DNA of 64,000 nucleotides, from assembly GCF_001194135.2 (NCBI RefSeq), contig NC_068991.1, forward strand, positions 49,074,052 to 49,138,051, read 5' to 3'. Each line of letters begins with the position of its first letter. Position 1 is the stretch's first letter. A model generated the notes under the pieces. That model did not search any database. It was not told the origin of the DNA and saw only the letters and a program-made list of their open reading frames with translations. Shown piece by piece: positions 11,704 to 24,430 of the stretch. The position numbers were made by a program, and so were the translations under genes. Origin of the DNA: Octopus bimaculoides (lineage: Eukaryota).

Positions 11704-14700
11704 TGATGACTAACTTTTTGAGTTCTTACCAATCCTCTGTGAGAAAGATATAAATATATATATATGTATATATTCACTTGTTACCTTTACTCCTCTAGTG
11801 ATATTTTAACAACTTTATCATGGGGTGAGGGAATAGAATTAAAGAAAACACAATTCAAGGTAGAATAGCTGTTAAAATCGCTCACAAGGAACCAATCTTA
11901 ATTTGAAGAGAACACTTTCTAAAAAGCAAGTCGGATAGTTATTAGAGTTAGAAGTGGTTCTATAATCTTAAGGAATTATTTGTTTATCTTGTTGATATGC
12001 ATGTGTGGCTGTATGATTTAGAACCTTGCTTCCCAACTATGTGCTCTTTGGTTCAATCCCACTATGTGGTACCTTCAGTGTCTTCTACTGGAGTTCCAGG
12101 TCAACTAATACCTTTTGAATGGTTGCATTAGACAGAAACTGACACTTGTCCCAAGGTGCCATTCAGTAGGGCTGAACCCAGAACCATGCAGTTGGGATAC
12201 AAGCTTTTTACTGCACAGCCATGCCTGCACCTATATAATTCTTTCAAAACACCTCTCCATAGCAACCAATCATAAAAACCTAATTTCCATGCCACTCAAA
12301 CCCACATACCCAAAGATGATTTTTGCTCAAAAGAGATTGTATAAGGGCTCCAATGCATCACAGCCTGATGATAGCTTAGCTGATCTAAACTTCAAAGTTA
12401 CTGTCAACAACATTTTTGTTTAAGAATGATAAACTAGTACTCTTCAAAAGTATAGAGTAACTCATAAGATTAATGTAAGATTGTTTTTTATTATAACTGA
12501 TCATAAAAACAAACATCTTATGTATAAATGGCAATTTCTGTCTTTCTGTTTGTTACCATCTTGCTACTTAAACCAGCAAGCCAATCTTCACAAAACTTAG
12601 CATACATGCTAAACTAACACCCATTTCAATAATAGGCTAATTGGATTTCAGTTTTGCCCTGGTTTCTACAGATTGAATGCCCTTCCTCTTGCCAACTACT
12701 CCACAGAGTGTACTGGGTGTCTTTTACATGTCACTGACATCTGTGCCTGGTTATTTTAAATGGCTAGCATCTCATTCATAATATATTCCTAATCTCAGTA
12801 ATATACTATCATAAACAACATTCATTTCATTGTACAGCACAAGGTTTTATTGCAGTTAATTAAGAGTGTGAAAGAAATATGTGCTATCATGTTTGTGTGT
12901 GTGTGTATATATATATATGTAACTATTTGGACTAGTGGGGTTGGGCAAATTATACGATGAAAAAGGTGCAAAGAGTATTAGTGTGAGGGAAATGTGGCAG
13001 AGTGAGTGTGACTGACATCAGGGAAATGGAGAACAGCGACAAATATGGAGCTGCAGTGGGATGAAGCGTTAATACAGCTGTCATATACACGTGCTTTCAT
13101 AAATACACACACACACACATATGCACATAAGTAATTTTTAAAACATCGAAGAGAGAGTGTGTAGGTAGCTTTTCTGCTGACCATCGCAAAGAAATACTCA
13201 CACACAGACACACACATACATACATATACTTAAACTGTATACGTTTGTAAATGTATGTATGTGTGTATGTCACATTTGTAAATGTGTGTATGTCTGTCTC
13301 TACTTTTGTAGGGTCTTCCCTGTTGCTGTCACATTGTGAGATTTTAAAATTCCATCAAACTTTTCAAATTTGGTATATTCAAATAATTTTCCATGTTAAA
13401 TCCGATTTTGCTATTCATTTATTGCAGAAAAATGTTACTGACGTTTAAAGTTTAATTAATTTTATCCAATCAGGAAACAGGATTTGGAAGTTGGCAAAAC
13501 CATTACAAGCTGGAATTTTTATTAAACAAATAAAAGCAAAGCATTACGGTGACCAAAGTTGTAAGAACATCTGAAGTTTGTGACACGGTCGAACAGACAT
13601 GTAAATAATTTAAAAAGGAAAAACATCCTCAAGGAAGTTTTTTGGGGAAAAATTGCACAAATCTGTCCTGATCAAGAGGCTTCTCTGTCAGGAAAGACAT
13701 GGTCTGACATGGCATAAACAAAAATTTATATAAGACATTCTATTATAAAAATTGCCCAGCAACGATGGGCTATTCAGCTAGTTGATATATATGATGCACG
13801 TGTGGCTGTGTGGTAAGAAGCTTGTTTCCCAACCACATGGTTCCAGGTTCAATCCCACTATGTGGCACCTTAGGCAAATGTCTTCTACTGCAGCCCCGGG
13901 CCAATCAAAGCCTTGTAAGTGGATTTGGGAGACGGAAACTGGAAGAAGGCCATCATATATATATATGATGTTTGTGTTTGATTGCTCGACAATAGACATT
14001 GGTGTGTTTATGTCCCTGTAACTTTGTATTTCAGCAAAAGAGAATAATAGATAAGTACCAGGCTTAACAAAAATAAGTACTGGGGTCCATTCATTCAACT
14101 ATAAAAAGAAAGAAATATTGTTCAAGGTGATGCCCCAGCATGGCCGCAGTCTAATGACTGAAACAAGTAAAAGATAAAAGTTACACTCACACACACACAT
14201 CAAACAGTAGACAGCTGTGTTTCTTAACATGAATCATATGACTTAAGCAGATAGCAAGCTAGACTGAGTCCTAAAAATAACACCATTTACACAATCATAT
14301 TGATTACTACAAATGTCACCATTCACTTAATCATATTGTCTCTTGCAGATGTCACCATTAACTCAATATTGGAGTATTGTATCATTTCAGACATTCATAA
14401 AACTTACTCAGTGTATCTTTATCATAGTGGTACCTTGTATATTACTTCACAATAGAGTTACCTTGAATATTCTATCTATGCGCCCTTTTCAAGCCTAGCC
14501 AGGCTCTTGGGCCCGGTTTCCCGGTTTCTATGGTGTATGTGTTCCCCCCAGCTGGACGGGACGCCAGTCCATCGCAGCGTTACTCAAGAAACAGTGAGAG
14601 AAAGTTGGGACGAAAGAGTACAACAGGGGTCGCCAACACCCCCTGCCGGAGCCTCGTGGAGCTTTAGGTGTTTTCACTCAATAAACACACACAACGCTCA

Positions 14701-16237
14701 GTCTGGGAATCGAAACCGCGATCCTCCAACTGCGAGTCCACTGCCCTAACCACTGGGCCATTGCGCCTCCATATATTGAATATTACTTCTGTAATATTAG
14801 CTGGTTAAAGTAACCTAAAATAGATGAAAACTTGGACTTATTAGTTCCCTGGTCTTACTGCCTGACACATACTACATCATTTTTACACTGACTGTCATTT
14901 CATGAGTTTTTTTTTTTTTTATTCCTTTAACGTCTGTCTTCCATGCTGGCATAGGTTGGACAGTTTGATAGGAGCTAGCAAGCCAGAGAGCTGCACCAAG
15001 ACCCATTTCCTGCTTTAGCACAGTTTTTACAGTTTGATGCCTTTACTAATGCCAACCACTTTACAGAGTATATTGGGTGTTTTTGTGTGGCACCAGCATT
15101 GGTGCTTTTTACCTGATACCAACACCAGTGGGGTTGCCATGTAACTTGTGAGACAAAGGCCTCTCAGCTGGAAGAGGAAGTGGGACCGAGGGAAACGTCT
15201 TTGTGCCAGGTGAGAGGTTAGACTATAATAGAGGAATAGAGATAGGTCGATTATAGAGGAGATACTTGGCTACCTCAGGAGGAAAAGGAAAGAGAGATAG
15301 TCAGACAGAGAGAGAGAGAAATTAATTTGCCAGAGGATGTTGGAATGTGTGGGTTATTATTTATATTAACTTGATCGTTGTGTTGTATGCTGTTGCTGAG
15401 AAAGTTCTCGCACATGGCTACGAAAAAGTTGTTATTGTAGGACTAAGACACCTAAGTGAGTGGTACATTGCAGTCCCTATTAGGATTTCGGTCCTCTGTT
15501 GGAACTACTTTCATTTCCTCTTGTGATCTTTGTAGAAAAAGGTTTGAATATTCAACAGTAGTTAGCATTACCGAATTTACTGTTAGTCTGATGTTTGATA
15601 TTTAAAAGTCCTATTAAGGCAGCGAGCTGGCAGAATCGTTAGCACACTGGGCAAAATTCTTCGCGGCATTTCTTTTGTCTTTATGTTCTGAGTTCAAATT
15701 CCTCCGAGGTTGACTTTGCCTTTTATCCTTTCGGCGTCGATGAAATAAGTACCAGTTGAGCACTTACCTCCTCCCCTGAACTTGCTGGCTTTATGCCAAG
15801 TTTTGAAATCAGCATTAAAATGTCCTGCTAATTTATCCTTTCAGGATGATCTCAACGATGTACCTTTGGAAGGGGACATGACTGTACCTTTAACAGCCGG
15901 TGACGGGAACGATGATGAGTTATCTACCTTAGATGAGCCAGTAAAAGACACTGTGGTGAGTTTGCTTTTGTTACTCGTATGTGTGATGTGTTTTTTTGTT
16001 TCCAGTTGAGCGTTGGAAATTATTTATTACCGAATATTTGTTGAACACACCATCAGATGTGAAGTGAATGATATTTATAACACCTCTAATTTTATATTTA
16101 TCCATATAATATTCAGCATCATATATTGATACGTTTGTTAGTTTTCTATGTCTATATATTTGTCAACATTATATATCTATATAGTCATCAACGTTTATAG
16201 ACGTTTATATTTCCAATATTACATTTGTGTATGTCAG

Positions 16238-16277
<40 letters not shown>

Positions 16278-16634
16278 NNNNNNNNNNNNNNNNNNNNNNN
16301 NNNNNNNNNNNNNNNNNNNNNNNNNNNNNNNNNNNNNNNNNNNNNNNNNNNNNNNNNNNNNNNNNNNNNNNNNNNNNNNNNNNNNNNNNNNNNNNNNNNN
16401 NNNNNNNNNNNNNNNNNNNNNNNNNNNNNNNNNNNNNNNNNNNNNNNNNNNNNNNNNNNNNNNNNNNNNNNNNNNNNNNNNNNNNNNNNNNNNNNNNNNN
16501 NNNNNNNNNNNNNNNNNNNNNNNNNNNNNNNNNNNNNNNNNNNNNNNNNNNNNNNNNNNNNNNNNNNNNNNNNNNNNNNNNNNNNNNNNNNNNNNNNNNN
16601 NNNNNNNNNNNNNNNNNNNNNNNNNNNNNNNNNN

Positions 16635-16669
<35 letters not shown>

Positions 16670-19600
16670 TAGCTTTATATCGATGTCAACATTATATATG
16701 AATCTCTAGATTATCTGTCTGTATTTGTCAATAATCTCCTTCCATATTTCAGCTTCGTGACCTGAGAGCTGTAGGAGTTAAATTCTTCCATGTTCTCTAT
16801 CCAAAACAGAGTACTGTCTTGCTACGAGAATGTAAGTATTTCCATCCATCATTAGTCATCATTATAACCGTCATTCACTTCATCCTCAAATTCTAATTCA
16901 TCTTACCATTAATCACTGAAAATTCCATTGCTATGAGTCATTAGTCGAATCTTACAGTTTGTCTATCACTCTTGATTCTTTCCATGAATCATTAGTCATA
17001 AATATTATTGTAATTGTTTTTATTATCATCGTTTTAATGTTCGCTTTTCAATGCATGCATGGGTCAGACATGATTCATTGCAGCAGATTTTCTATGGCCA
17101 GATGCCCTTCCTGTTGCCAACCCTCACAATTTTCACAGTAGGGTAATATTTCCACTTGGCCAGTCACGTTTTCACAAAAGACTGAAAACAAATGACCCTG
17201 TTTGTACGAGGGGGTCACTCACTAACGACCATTGCATGATGTCTGCACAGAGCGACACACATGTATGTATGTATGACAGGCTTCTTTCAGTTTCTACTTG
17301 CTAGATCCACTCACAAGGTGCAAAGTAGTGGGACTGAACCTGAAACCCTGTGGTTGGGAAATGAACTAGCTACTCAACTATACAACCATGCTTGCACCTA
17401 AATTAAACTTTTTCAAATCAATCTTACAATTAAACTCTGTAATTTCTGTTTCCTTGAGTCATTAATCATTATGAAAATTATCAGTCTCTTTATCCCTAAA
17501 TTCTAATTAATCTTACAATTAATGACTGTAAACTTTATTTCCATGAGTCATTTGTCATAATGGTTATTTTCTTTTTCTGGAACTTCCAATTGATCTATTG
17601 ATTAATTAATCACTATAATTTTTGTTTCTAATTGCAGGGGATTTGTGGGGTCCTCTCATTTTATGTGTGTTCTTGGCTTTGTAAGTATGCTTGAACTCCT
17701 ATTTATGATAAAACCTAAACTTTTCCAATGATGTATATATATATATATGTTTGTATATGTGTGTCTGTACTTTTTTTATGTATTTGTGTAGTGTATGTAT
17801 GCTAGTACATCTGTATGCATTGTGTTTTTCTTGTACATTCGTGTGTCTGTATGCATATATGTGTATATATATATATCATCATCATCGTTTAACGTCCGCT
17901 TTCCATGCTAGCATGGGTTGGACGGTTTGACTGAGGACTGGTGAAACCGGATGGCAACACCAGGCTCCAATCTAATTTGGCAGAGTTTCTACAGCTGGAT
18001 GCCCTTCCTAACGCCAACCACTCAGAGAGTGTAGTGGGTGCTTTTACGTGTCACCCACACGAAAACGGCCACGCTCGAAATGGTGTCTTTTATGTGCCAC
18101 CCGCACAAGCCAGTCCAGGGGCACTGGCAACATATATATATATATATTTGCAGGTGTGAGTGTGTCTATACGTCTACATGTGTGTATATATATATGTTTG
18201 TAAATGTCTGTATATCTGTAGGTGAGTGTATTTGTATACATACACTATTGTAGAACAAAATAATGAAATGGTTGTTTTATTATTTAATATGGCATTGGTC
18301 CACCTTTGGCATCAGTCACAATTTTAATAGAGTGAGGTTCTAAACAGTTGTTTGAGGGATTTTGTGCTATTCTTCCAGGAAAACCTGCTTTAGCTCTTTC
18401 AGCAACAATGTCAGAGGGAAGTGTTTCTTCTCACTGTTCCAAAATGTACTGTTACTTCACTTTCCTGCACTTTTTATCAATTTTGAATAAGATTATCTGT
18501 GTGAATCAGCTCGTTATTATCCTAGACTATTGTACTGCCATCATCAATTATAAGATGGTCCTGTTCTGTCAAAATACTCTGACAATGCTTAATTTTAACT
18601 CTATTTCATAGAACAATAAAAGGACCAGGAAAATTCCATTATATGGCTGCCCAAATCACAGAGCCACTTCTATTCTTCACAGTTAGGACTAGTCTTCCAT
18701 GCGGTCTAGGAGGAGGAGCATTATCTTGCTTGGAAACAAGATAATGGTGACAGAAAAGGCATCTGTCCATAGAAAATCTTCCTCAGCAAATTCTGTTCAA
18801 CCAGTGTAAGCATAGGAAAGTGGATGTTATGATGCTAATGAAAAGCAGTGATATGATATACAATATAAAAATAAGGTCAACTTCATAATTGAATTACTTG
18901 TAACATGAAAATTGATACACCATAGTATTAGAATACATGCAACACTAATGTTAAAATATGTGTAGCATCAAGTTTGGAATAAGTGTAACGGCAGAATTGA
19001 AATAATGGTAACAATATAATCATCATCATCATCATCCAGTTTTTTAAATCCATGTTTTGTCCATGTTAACAGGGATGACCAGATCTACCTCAATGTCATA
19101 GCAACCACAGTAGGCAGATGCAGCCCACACCAACCTTCAGGCTGGTTGGTGCCCATTCTCCTTTGCTATTATGAGGCTTTTTTGGAGCTGGATTTTCTAC
19201 GGGGAGCATGCCCTTGCTTACCCCCAACCTCATTTTCTAGACATGTGTGGTCCCAAGACCAAGGCTTCTACCACAATTTTTAAGAAATGTGGTAGAAAAC
19301 TAACTCAAGAAGGCTGGGACGCTACTCCTTGAAACCCCTTTCAGAGCCCCCTACCCAATTTAAATCATTATCATTATTTAAATGTCCACTCTTCCATACA
19401 TGCATGGGCTTGATGGAGTTTATTGAGACAGTTTTTCTCTGACTGGATTCCCCTCCCTATAACCAATCCTCACCTATTTCCTAGCAAGGTAATGCATCCC
19501 CATGGCTAGACATGTTTTAGTAGAATGTTGGGAATGAATAACACAAACTGTATGATAATGCCACTCATTCATAACTATCACACAGTGTCAAGACAAGGAC

Positions 19601-22493
19601 ACAAACACACACACACACACACACACCAACACCATGTTGGCCTTCCTATCAGTTTCCGTCTACAAAATCCACTCACAAGACTTTGGTCAACCTGTCGCTA
19701 TAGTAGAAGAGACTTGACCAAGGTGCCACACAGTGGGACAGGACTTGAATGTATGTGGTTGGGGAGCACAGCCATAAATGTGCGCCCACTATTGAAACAT
19801 GTAACACCAAGATTGAAATAAATGTGACAGCACGATGCAATAATTAACAGAAAATTTTAATTGATTATTAAACGAATAAATAAACAATCATTAGCATAAA
19901 AGAAGACTTTGTTCATATGTATATTTCATTTCAGGATGCTTCAGAGTTCACCACAACACCTTGACCAGCAGTTATCTGGTGGACCAGAATTTTCTGAGGT
20001 GTTTGTCATATTTTGGGTTGGATCTGTAGTTGTAACTCTAAATTCTAAATTACTTGGTGGAAATATGTAAGTATTATATTGTATATATTGCATTTATATG
20101 AGTCTGTGGTGTGTATGTAGATTTTAGTGAAAATGTATACATATATGTAAACCTACTTAGTAGAAACACAAGCATGGTAAATTTAACTACACTGAACCAC
20201 AAAAGAAACAAGAGATGTGTATGACTGAAATATGTTTTAATTTCATTATGTCAGAGATAAATTTTGATAAATCTGATAAAGTCAATTTCTTAGATGCACT
20301 TTGACCACAGTCTATGAGTCGTCATGTGTTCTGGTAGTGGGCTGATCCAGCACATTGAGATTGTAGGGCATGACATGTTCAATATGATGTATACCCTCCC
20401 TGCGTGTTCAAAACGGCCATACATCGTCGATACATGCAGTAGATGAGGCAGCTCACAAAAGCCATTGGCACCTGTATCCATACCCTGAGGAAAATTGCCT
20501 CCAGTTCCACACGAGTTGCTGGCCTTGGGACCACCTGGCTCAGTTGTCTCTGGATTTCATCCCACAGGTGTTCAATAGGGTTCAAATTCAGGCTGAGAGC
20601 CAGTCACAGCATGGTTCTGATGCTGGGAGTCCATGGTGACCCTGGCTGTGTGGGAGGGAGCATTGTACTGCTGGAACACATGGCTATGGTGACATGTGAA
20701 GAAAAGGCACGATGTGAGCTCTTAGGATTTGGCTAATGTAGTGCTGTGCTGTGATGCCATTCTTTCTGCCTGTGCCAACATTTTGGAACACATGGTGACC
20801 AATTCTCTGATTCAGGCCTATAGCACCTCAAACATGATGCTTTGGCCACCCCATACATCTCTGCAGTGTTCACCCCTCCTATGCCACACCTTCACTCTGC
20901 CATCCAAAGTGGAAATGCAGTACTGGCTCTCGTCAGAGAAGACTATCGGCCTCCATTGTTGATACCACCAATGTCGGTGCTGTGTAACCCATTGAAGTCA
21001 TGCCTGACGGTGGCAAGTGGTGAGGACAGGCCCTCAAGCAAGACAATGGTAACACAGGTTGTTGGCAGCTAGTCAACGTCATACCATCTCATCACTGATG
21101 GGTCGCTGTCCAGTGCCAATGGGTTCGTGAGCTGCCATGCTGACCAGTCTGAAGCGATCACAGAGGTTTTGCAAGTGGATGAAGTGGTCCTATGGCAGTA
21201 TAACCTGTTATCCTATTCAATTATGTTAATGGAGTTATTGGAAAGATAGCTTATTGATATGACATCATCTTCTTGATTTCTTTCAGTTCATTCTTCCAAA
21301 GTGTGTGTGTTCTTGGCTACTGTGTCACACCACTTGCCATTGCACTTACAATTTGCCGCTTGATTCTCCTTGCTCATCAGACGACAGCTCTCTTCATCGT
21401 TCGCTTTTGTATTATTTTCCTTTCCTTCGGATGGTCTACATTTGGTAAGTTCTTTCATCTTTTAATTATTTGTCTTTGTTTTTAAACAGGAAATATCTGA
21501 AATTAGGGCATTGCATCACTGACCGAATATATGGTCAACAATGGAAATCTATTATAGCTTCTGTGTTGTGCCCTGCTGGCCACAGTCCTTCTGGCTGACA
21601 ACAGGTGTCACTTCTGCTTTATGCTTTACTAACTATATGCACAACATTCAGCTGTAGAAAGCCATTACCCCTTCAGAGAAGAAAATACAATTTTTTTAAC
21701 TGCATGTAGTATGCAACACTCGGTAAATCTTTCCTTTAAATTCATCAGTCAACTGATGGCATTCACCATCTGATGGTGAATGCCTTTTAATCATACATTT
21801 TAAATTTATATTACATTCTTCCTTTGAGATTTCTTGTTCATTTTCTGTCATATATCATCATCATTTAACATCCATTTTCCATGCTGGCATGGGTTGGATG
21901 GCTTGAGGAGCTGGCAAGCCAGAGGACTTCACCAAGTCCACTCCGTTTTGACATGACTTTTATGGCTGGATGCCTTTCCTAATGCCAACCACTCTATAGA
22001 TTGGACTCTGTGCTTTGCACATGGCTACAGCACTGGCAAGGTCTGTTTTGGTATGATTTTTATGACTGGATGCTCTTCCTAATGAAAGGGTTAATCTTTC
22101 AGCACACATACAAGGAGGTGCTGAAAAGTTCCTGGCTTTAAGGATATCGCCCAACCTTCAGAATTCTTTTTACAGGGCTTAGAAAAACTAAAGGAGCGCT
22201 GTAATAAATGTGTGAATTCGAGAGGGGAATATGTTGAATAAAATTATTAACTTCCTAATGCCAACCACTTTACAATGTGGACTGGGTGCCTTTTATGTGG
22301 CACCAGCACTGGCGAAGTCTACTTTGGCATGTTTTTTTTTTACAGCTAGATATTTATATTTCTCTTTGTCTTTTCAGCTGCCACTGCCTTCCTGGGAGAT
22401 ATCCAATCACACAGGAGGAAAGTACTTGCCATGTACCCCATATTTCTGTTTTACTTTATCATCAGCTGGTTGGCTATTTCACACACAAGCTAA
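8327..22493 (+). CDS. YIPF6: Yip1 domain family member 6, 7 coding exons, 222 aa
   Basis: Manual splice gives MADVDFHGDQ-DDLNDVPLEGDMTVPLTAGDGNDDELSTLDEPVKDTV-LRDLRAVGVKFFHVLYPKQSTVLLREW-DLWGPLILCVFLAL-MLQSSPQHLDQQLSGGPEFSEVFVIFWVGSVVVTLNSKLLGGNI-SFFQSVCVLGYCVTPLAIALTICRLILLAHQTTALFIVRFCIIFLSFGWSTFA-ATAFLGDIQSHRRKVLAMYPIFLFYFIISWLAISHTS*. Motifs WDLWGPLILC, GPEFSEVF, LNSKLLGG, SFFQSVCVLGYC and YPIFLFYF are characteristic of YIPF6. Exon lengths sum to 669 nt, in frame. Confidence 0.96.
9522..10510 (+). mobile_element. Head-to-tail copies of tRNA-derived SINE family B, including a 105-bp tandem repeat
   Basis: gctggcagaa..ttagca..aaaatg..ttctgagttcaaattc..actttgcctttcatcc..aataagtaccagtt..ggccttgt..agaaaggattatt; units at 9925, 10030, 10135 (period 105) bounded by 10-N gaps. 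Confidence 0.85.
10943..11203 (+). repeat. Copy 1 of a about 250-bp direct duplication in YIPF6 intron 1
   Basis: gccaactactccacagagtgtac...ctatttggact near-identical to 12692-12933. Confidence 0.9.
11349..11648. mobile_element. Palindromic foldback element (MITE-like), about 140-bp arms
   Basis: atttagtattaatc...ggtgcttggtgtaaaaa / tttttcacaccaagcac...gattcatactaaat, 18-nt loop, arms roughly 80% identical by eye. Confidence 0.85.
12692..12933 (+). repeat. Copy 2 of the intron 1 direct duplication
   Basis: Matches 10943-11203 with few substitutions and a different (TA)n length. Confidence 0.9.
13793..14181 (+). mobile_element. Near full-length tRNA-derived SINE family A
   Basis: gtggctgtgtggtaagaagctt..ggttcaatcccac..ccttaggcaaatgtcttctact..gtggatttg..; 3' gcatggccgcagtctaatgactgaaacaagtaaaag. 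Fragments of the family also near 350-565, 1065-1195, 2340-2570, 3618-4095, 5580-5745, 7770-7975, 33060-33345, 34245-34400, 46870-47310, 56850-56980, 57370-57600. Confidence 0.85.
14481..14770 (-). mobile_element. Intact-looking tRNA-derived SINE (third family)
   Basis: Minus strand ggaggcgcaaTGGCCCAGTGGttagg (A box) ... GGTTTCGATTCCc (B box), followed by a non-tRNA body containing gatggactggcgtcccgtccag. Confidence 0.8.
15845..15955 (+). CDS. YIPF6: YIPF6 exon 2
   Basis: ttatcctttcag acceptor, GTGAG donor, 111 nt; VPLEGDMTVP...STLDEPVKDTV resembles the YIPF6 N-terminal region. Confidence 0.93.
16753..16831 (+). CDS. YIPF6: YIPF6 exon 3
   Basis: atatttcag acceptor, GTAAGT donor, 79 nt; LRDLRAVGVKFFHVLYPK. 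Confidence 0.95.
17638..17680 (+). CDS. YIPF6: YIPF6 exon 4
   Basis: ctaattgcag acceptor, GTAAGT donor, 43 nt; (W)DLWGPLILCVFLA. Confidence 0.95.
17876..18056 (-). mobile_element. LINE 3' end with (GAT)n tail (RTE-like)
   Basis: atcatcatcgtttaacgtccgctttccatgc...; about 6 differences in about 165 bp versus 26351-26533; older fragments near 10900, 14930, 17060, 21860. Clade assignment is inference. Confidence 0.6.
19935..20066 (+). CDS. YIPF6: YIPF6 exon 5
   Basis: tttcatttcag acceptor, GTAAGT donor, 132 nt; GGPEFSEVFVIFWVGSVVVTLNSKLLGGN. Confidence 0.96.
20190..21190 (-). mobile_element. Tc1-family transposon with a decayed DDE transposase in YIPF6 intron 5
   Basis: Minus strand: GPVLTTCHRQA*LQWVTQHRHW..QQWRPIVFSDESQYC..DGRVKVW and LNPIEHLWDEIQRQL...RRCMAVLNTQGGYTSY; TA-CACTGAACCACAAAAGAAAC TIR-like end at 20188. 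Confidence 0.9.
21287..21444 (+). CDS. YIPF6: YIPF6 exon 6
   Basis: ttgatttctttcag acceptor, GTAAGT donor, 158 nt; SFFQSVCVLGYCVTPL. Confidence 0.96.
22105..22245 (+). mobile_element. Internally deleted mariner remnant
   Basis: acaaggaggtgctgaaaagttcc TIR-like start plus QPSEFFLQGLEKLKERCNKCVNSRGEYVE*. Confidence 0.7.
22378..22493 (+). CDS. YIPF6: YIPF6 exon 7 (terminal coding part)
   Basis: tctttgtcttttcag acceptor; ATAFLGDIQSHRRKVLAMYPIFLFYFIISW, TAA at 22491-22493. Confidence 0.95.
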
Positions 22494-24430
22494 TGGATAC
22501 TACAACTACTACTTCTGAGAGAATCACACACAAACAGAGACTATTTTACTGACAATGCTTCATCATCCTTTGACATCAGGAATATTAATATTATGTGTCG
22601 CATCTGTGTTTCTTCTCACCGGTGTCATACTGGTCTGGAAAAGAACAAGAGCCTATGCCTAAATATTGATCCAAAATGTTCAATATTTCTGTCAGTTGCA
22701 TGTAAGAGCCTGGGAGATTTTGGTATCATGTTTTTGTTTTTTTTACTCAAAGCATACAACTGACTTCTTATATATAGTTTATTATGTGTAAACATAACAA
22801 ACATTGTTCTGGGGCCTGACTTTTGTAACATAGGAATGCCTGAACTTCTATGGTCATGTATTACTGCTCAAAACCATTCCATCTTATATACATATAAAAC
22901 ATATAAATATGAAATATAACATACATACATGTGTTGGTATAATATATGTAACACATACACACACATGTATAATGCACTATATATATATAAAATATTTATA
23001 TATGTAATAATATATAATTTACTATTTATCTTCTTTAACTATATATATATCTATAACATATATATATAAATATTGTATATATAACTGCATATGTATATAA
23101 ATGATTAATTGTTTATCTTTTAATATTTATTTCATATATTTTAATTGTATTGGATTATTAAAAAGAATATATACCCACACACACATATATATGTGTGCCT
23201 ACACTATATATTCTGTATATTTGGTAATGGTAGAGGAAGGGGCATTACAAATTCAGCTCATTTTCATTTGATAGTTCCCATAGGAACAGTAATTTCAGCT
23301 GCTGTGAAGCTTGACAAGTCTAACATTTCAACCCTTTTTGCTGTTCATCTGAAAGTAAAGAACCTTGAGAAACTATTATCACTGTGGTTGCTTGCTAGAA
23401 CAAAAATAAGACCAACACACCATTTGTTGCACCTCTTCTCACAACAGTTAGAACTTCTCAAATTCTTCTGTAAACTAATGGTTATCCAGGTATAGGAAGC
23501 ACCAGTTTCCTTGGATTCAATCTCTTCACGTCACTTTCATTTGGTTTATTTGATCAGCTAATTAGGATAGAACATACTCAAATTGATTAGTTTTATTTTA
23601 CTATATTATCAACAAGGAAGAAAACTGGCAGAATTGTTAGAGGGTCAAACAAAATGTTTAGCTACATTTCTTCTGACTCTTTCTATTCCCAGTTCAAATT
23701 CCACTAAGATCAACTTTACCTTTCACCTTTTTTGGGGGGTCAATATAAATAAAGTATCAGTTGAATATTGAGGCCAATGCAATCAACTGTCCTCTTCCCG
23801 TGAATTTCAGGTCTTGTGCCTGTAATAAGAAGAATTACTATTATTAATGTTTATGAGACAGTAACTTGACAGAATGAATCATTAGTGCACTGAACAAAAT
23901 GCTTAGCAGCATTTCTTTCTGCCTTACATTCTGAGTTTAAGTACTGTTGAGGTCAACTTTGCCTTCCATCTTTTCAGAGTCAATCAAATAAGTACCTAAA
24001 GTTGATGGCCATATGCCAAAATTTGTATCAATTATCATCATCAGTATTATTATTATTGAAAAAGGCATGAACCTCACAAATGCTCATTGGAAAAGACATA
24101 ACTACAATTTCTTCTTAAATCATGATTACATCTGTCCTACTTTACTATAGTAAAAGAAATAATCATTTTAAAGATGGCAGATCTGTTGCTTATAACTTTG
24201 AACCAAACCAAACTAGATCCTTTCCTGTGAAAATCTCTGTGCCTTGTTGTGAGTTCAGTACTCACTGGTACCAAACTTTCCTTTCCTTTCCTTTCCTTTA
24301 GGTCAATAAAAAAACATTGCTTCTTATGTTTTAGCTTCAATTTATTCAACAATCTTCTGAACCCCACTCCCATCCTTGTTACATTAATCTTACATTTGTG
24401 GTAGATACAGCACATTGTTGTTATTATTAA

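Noticed and set aside
14690-14770. tRNA-like A/B boxes here and in other SINE heads
   Set aside because: They continue into SINE bodies and no complete cloverleaf is evident
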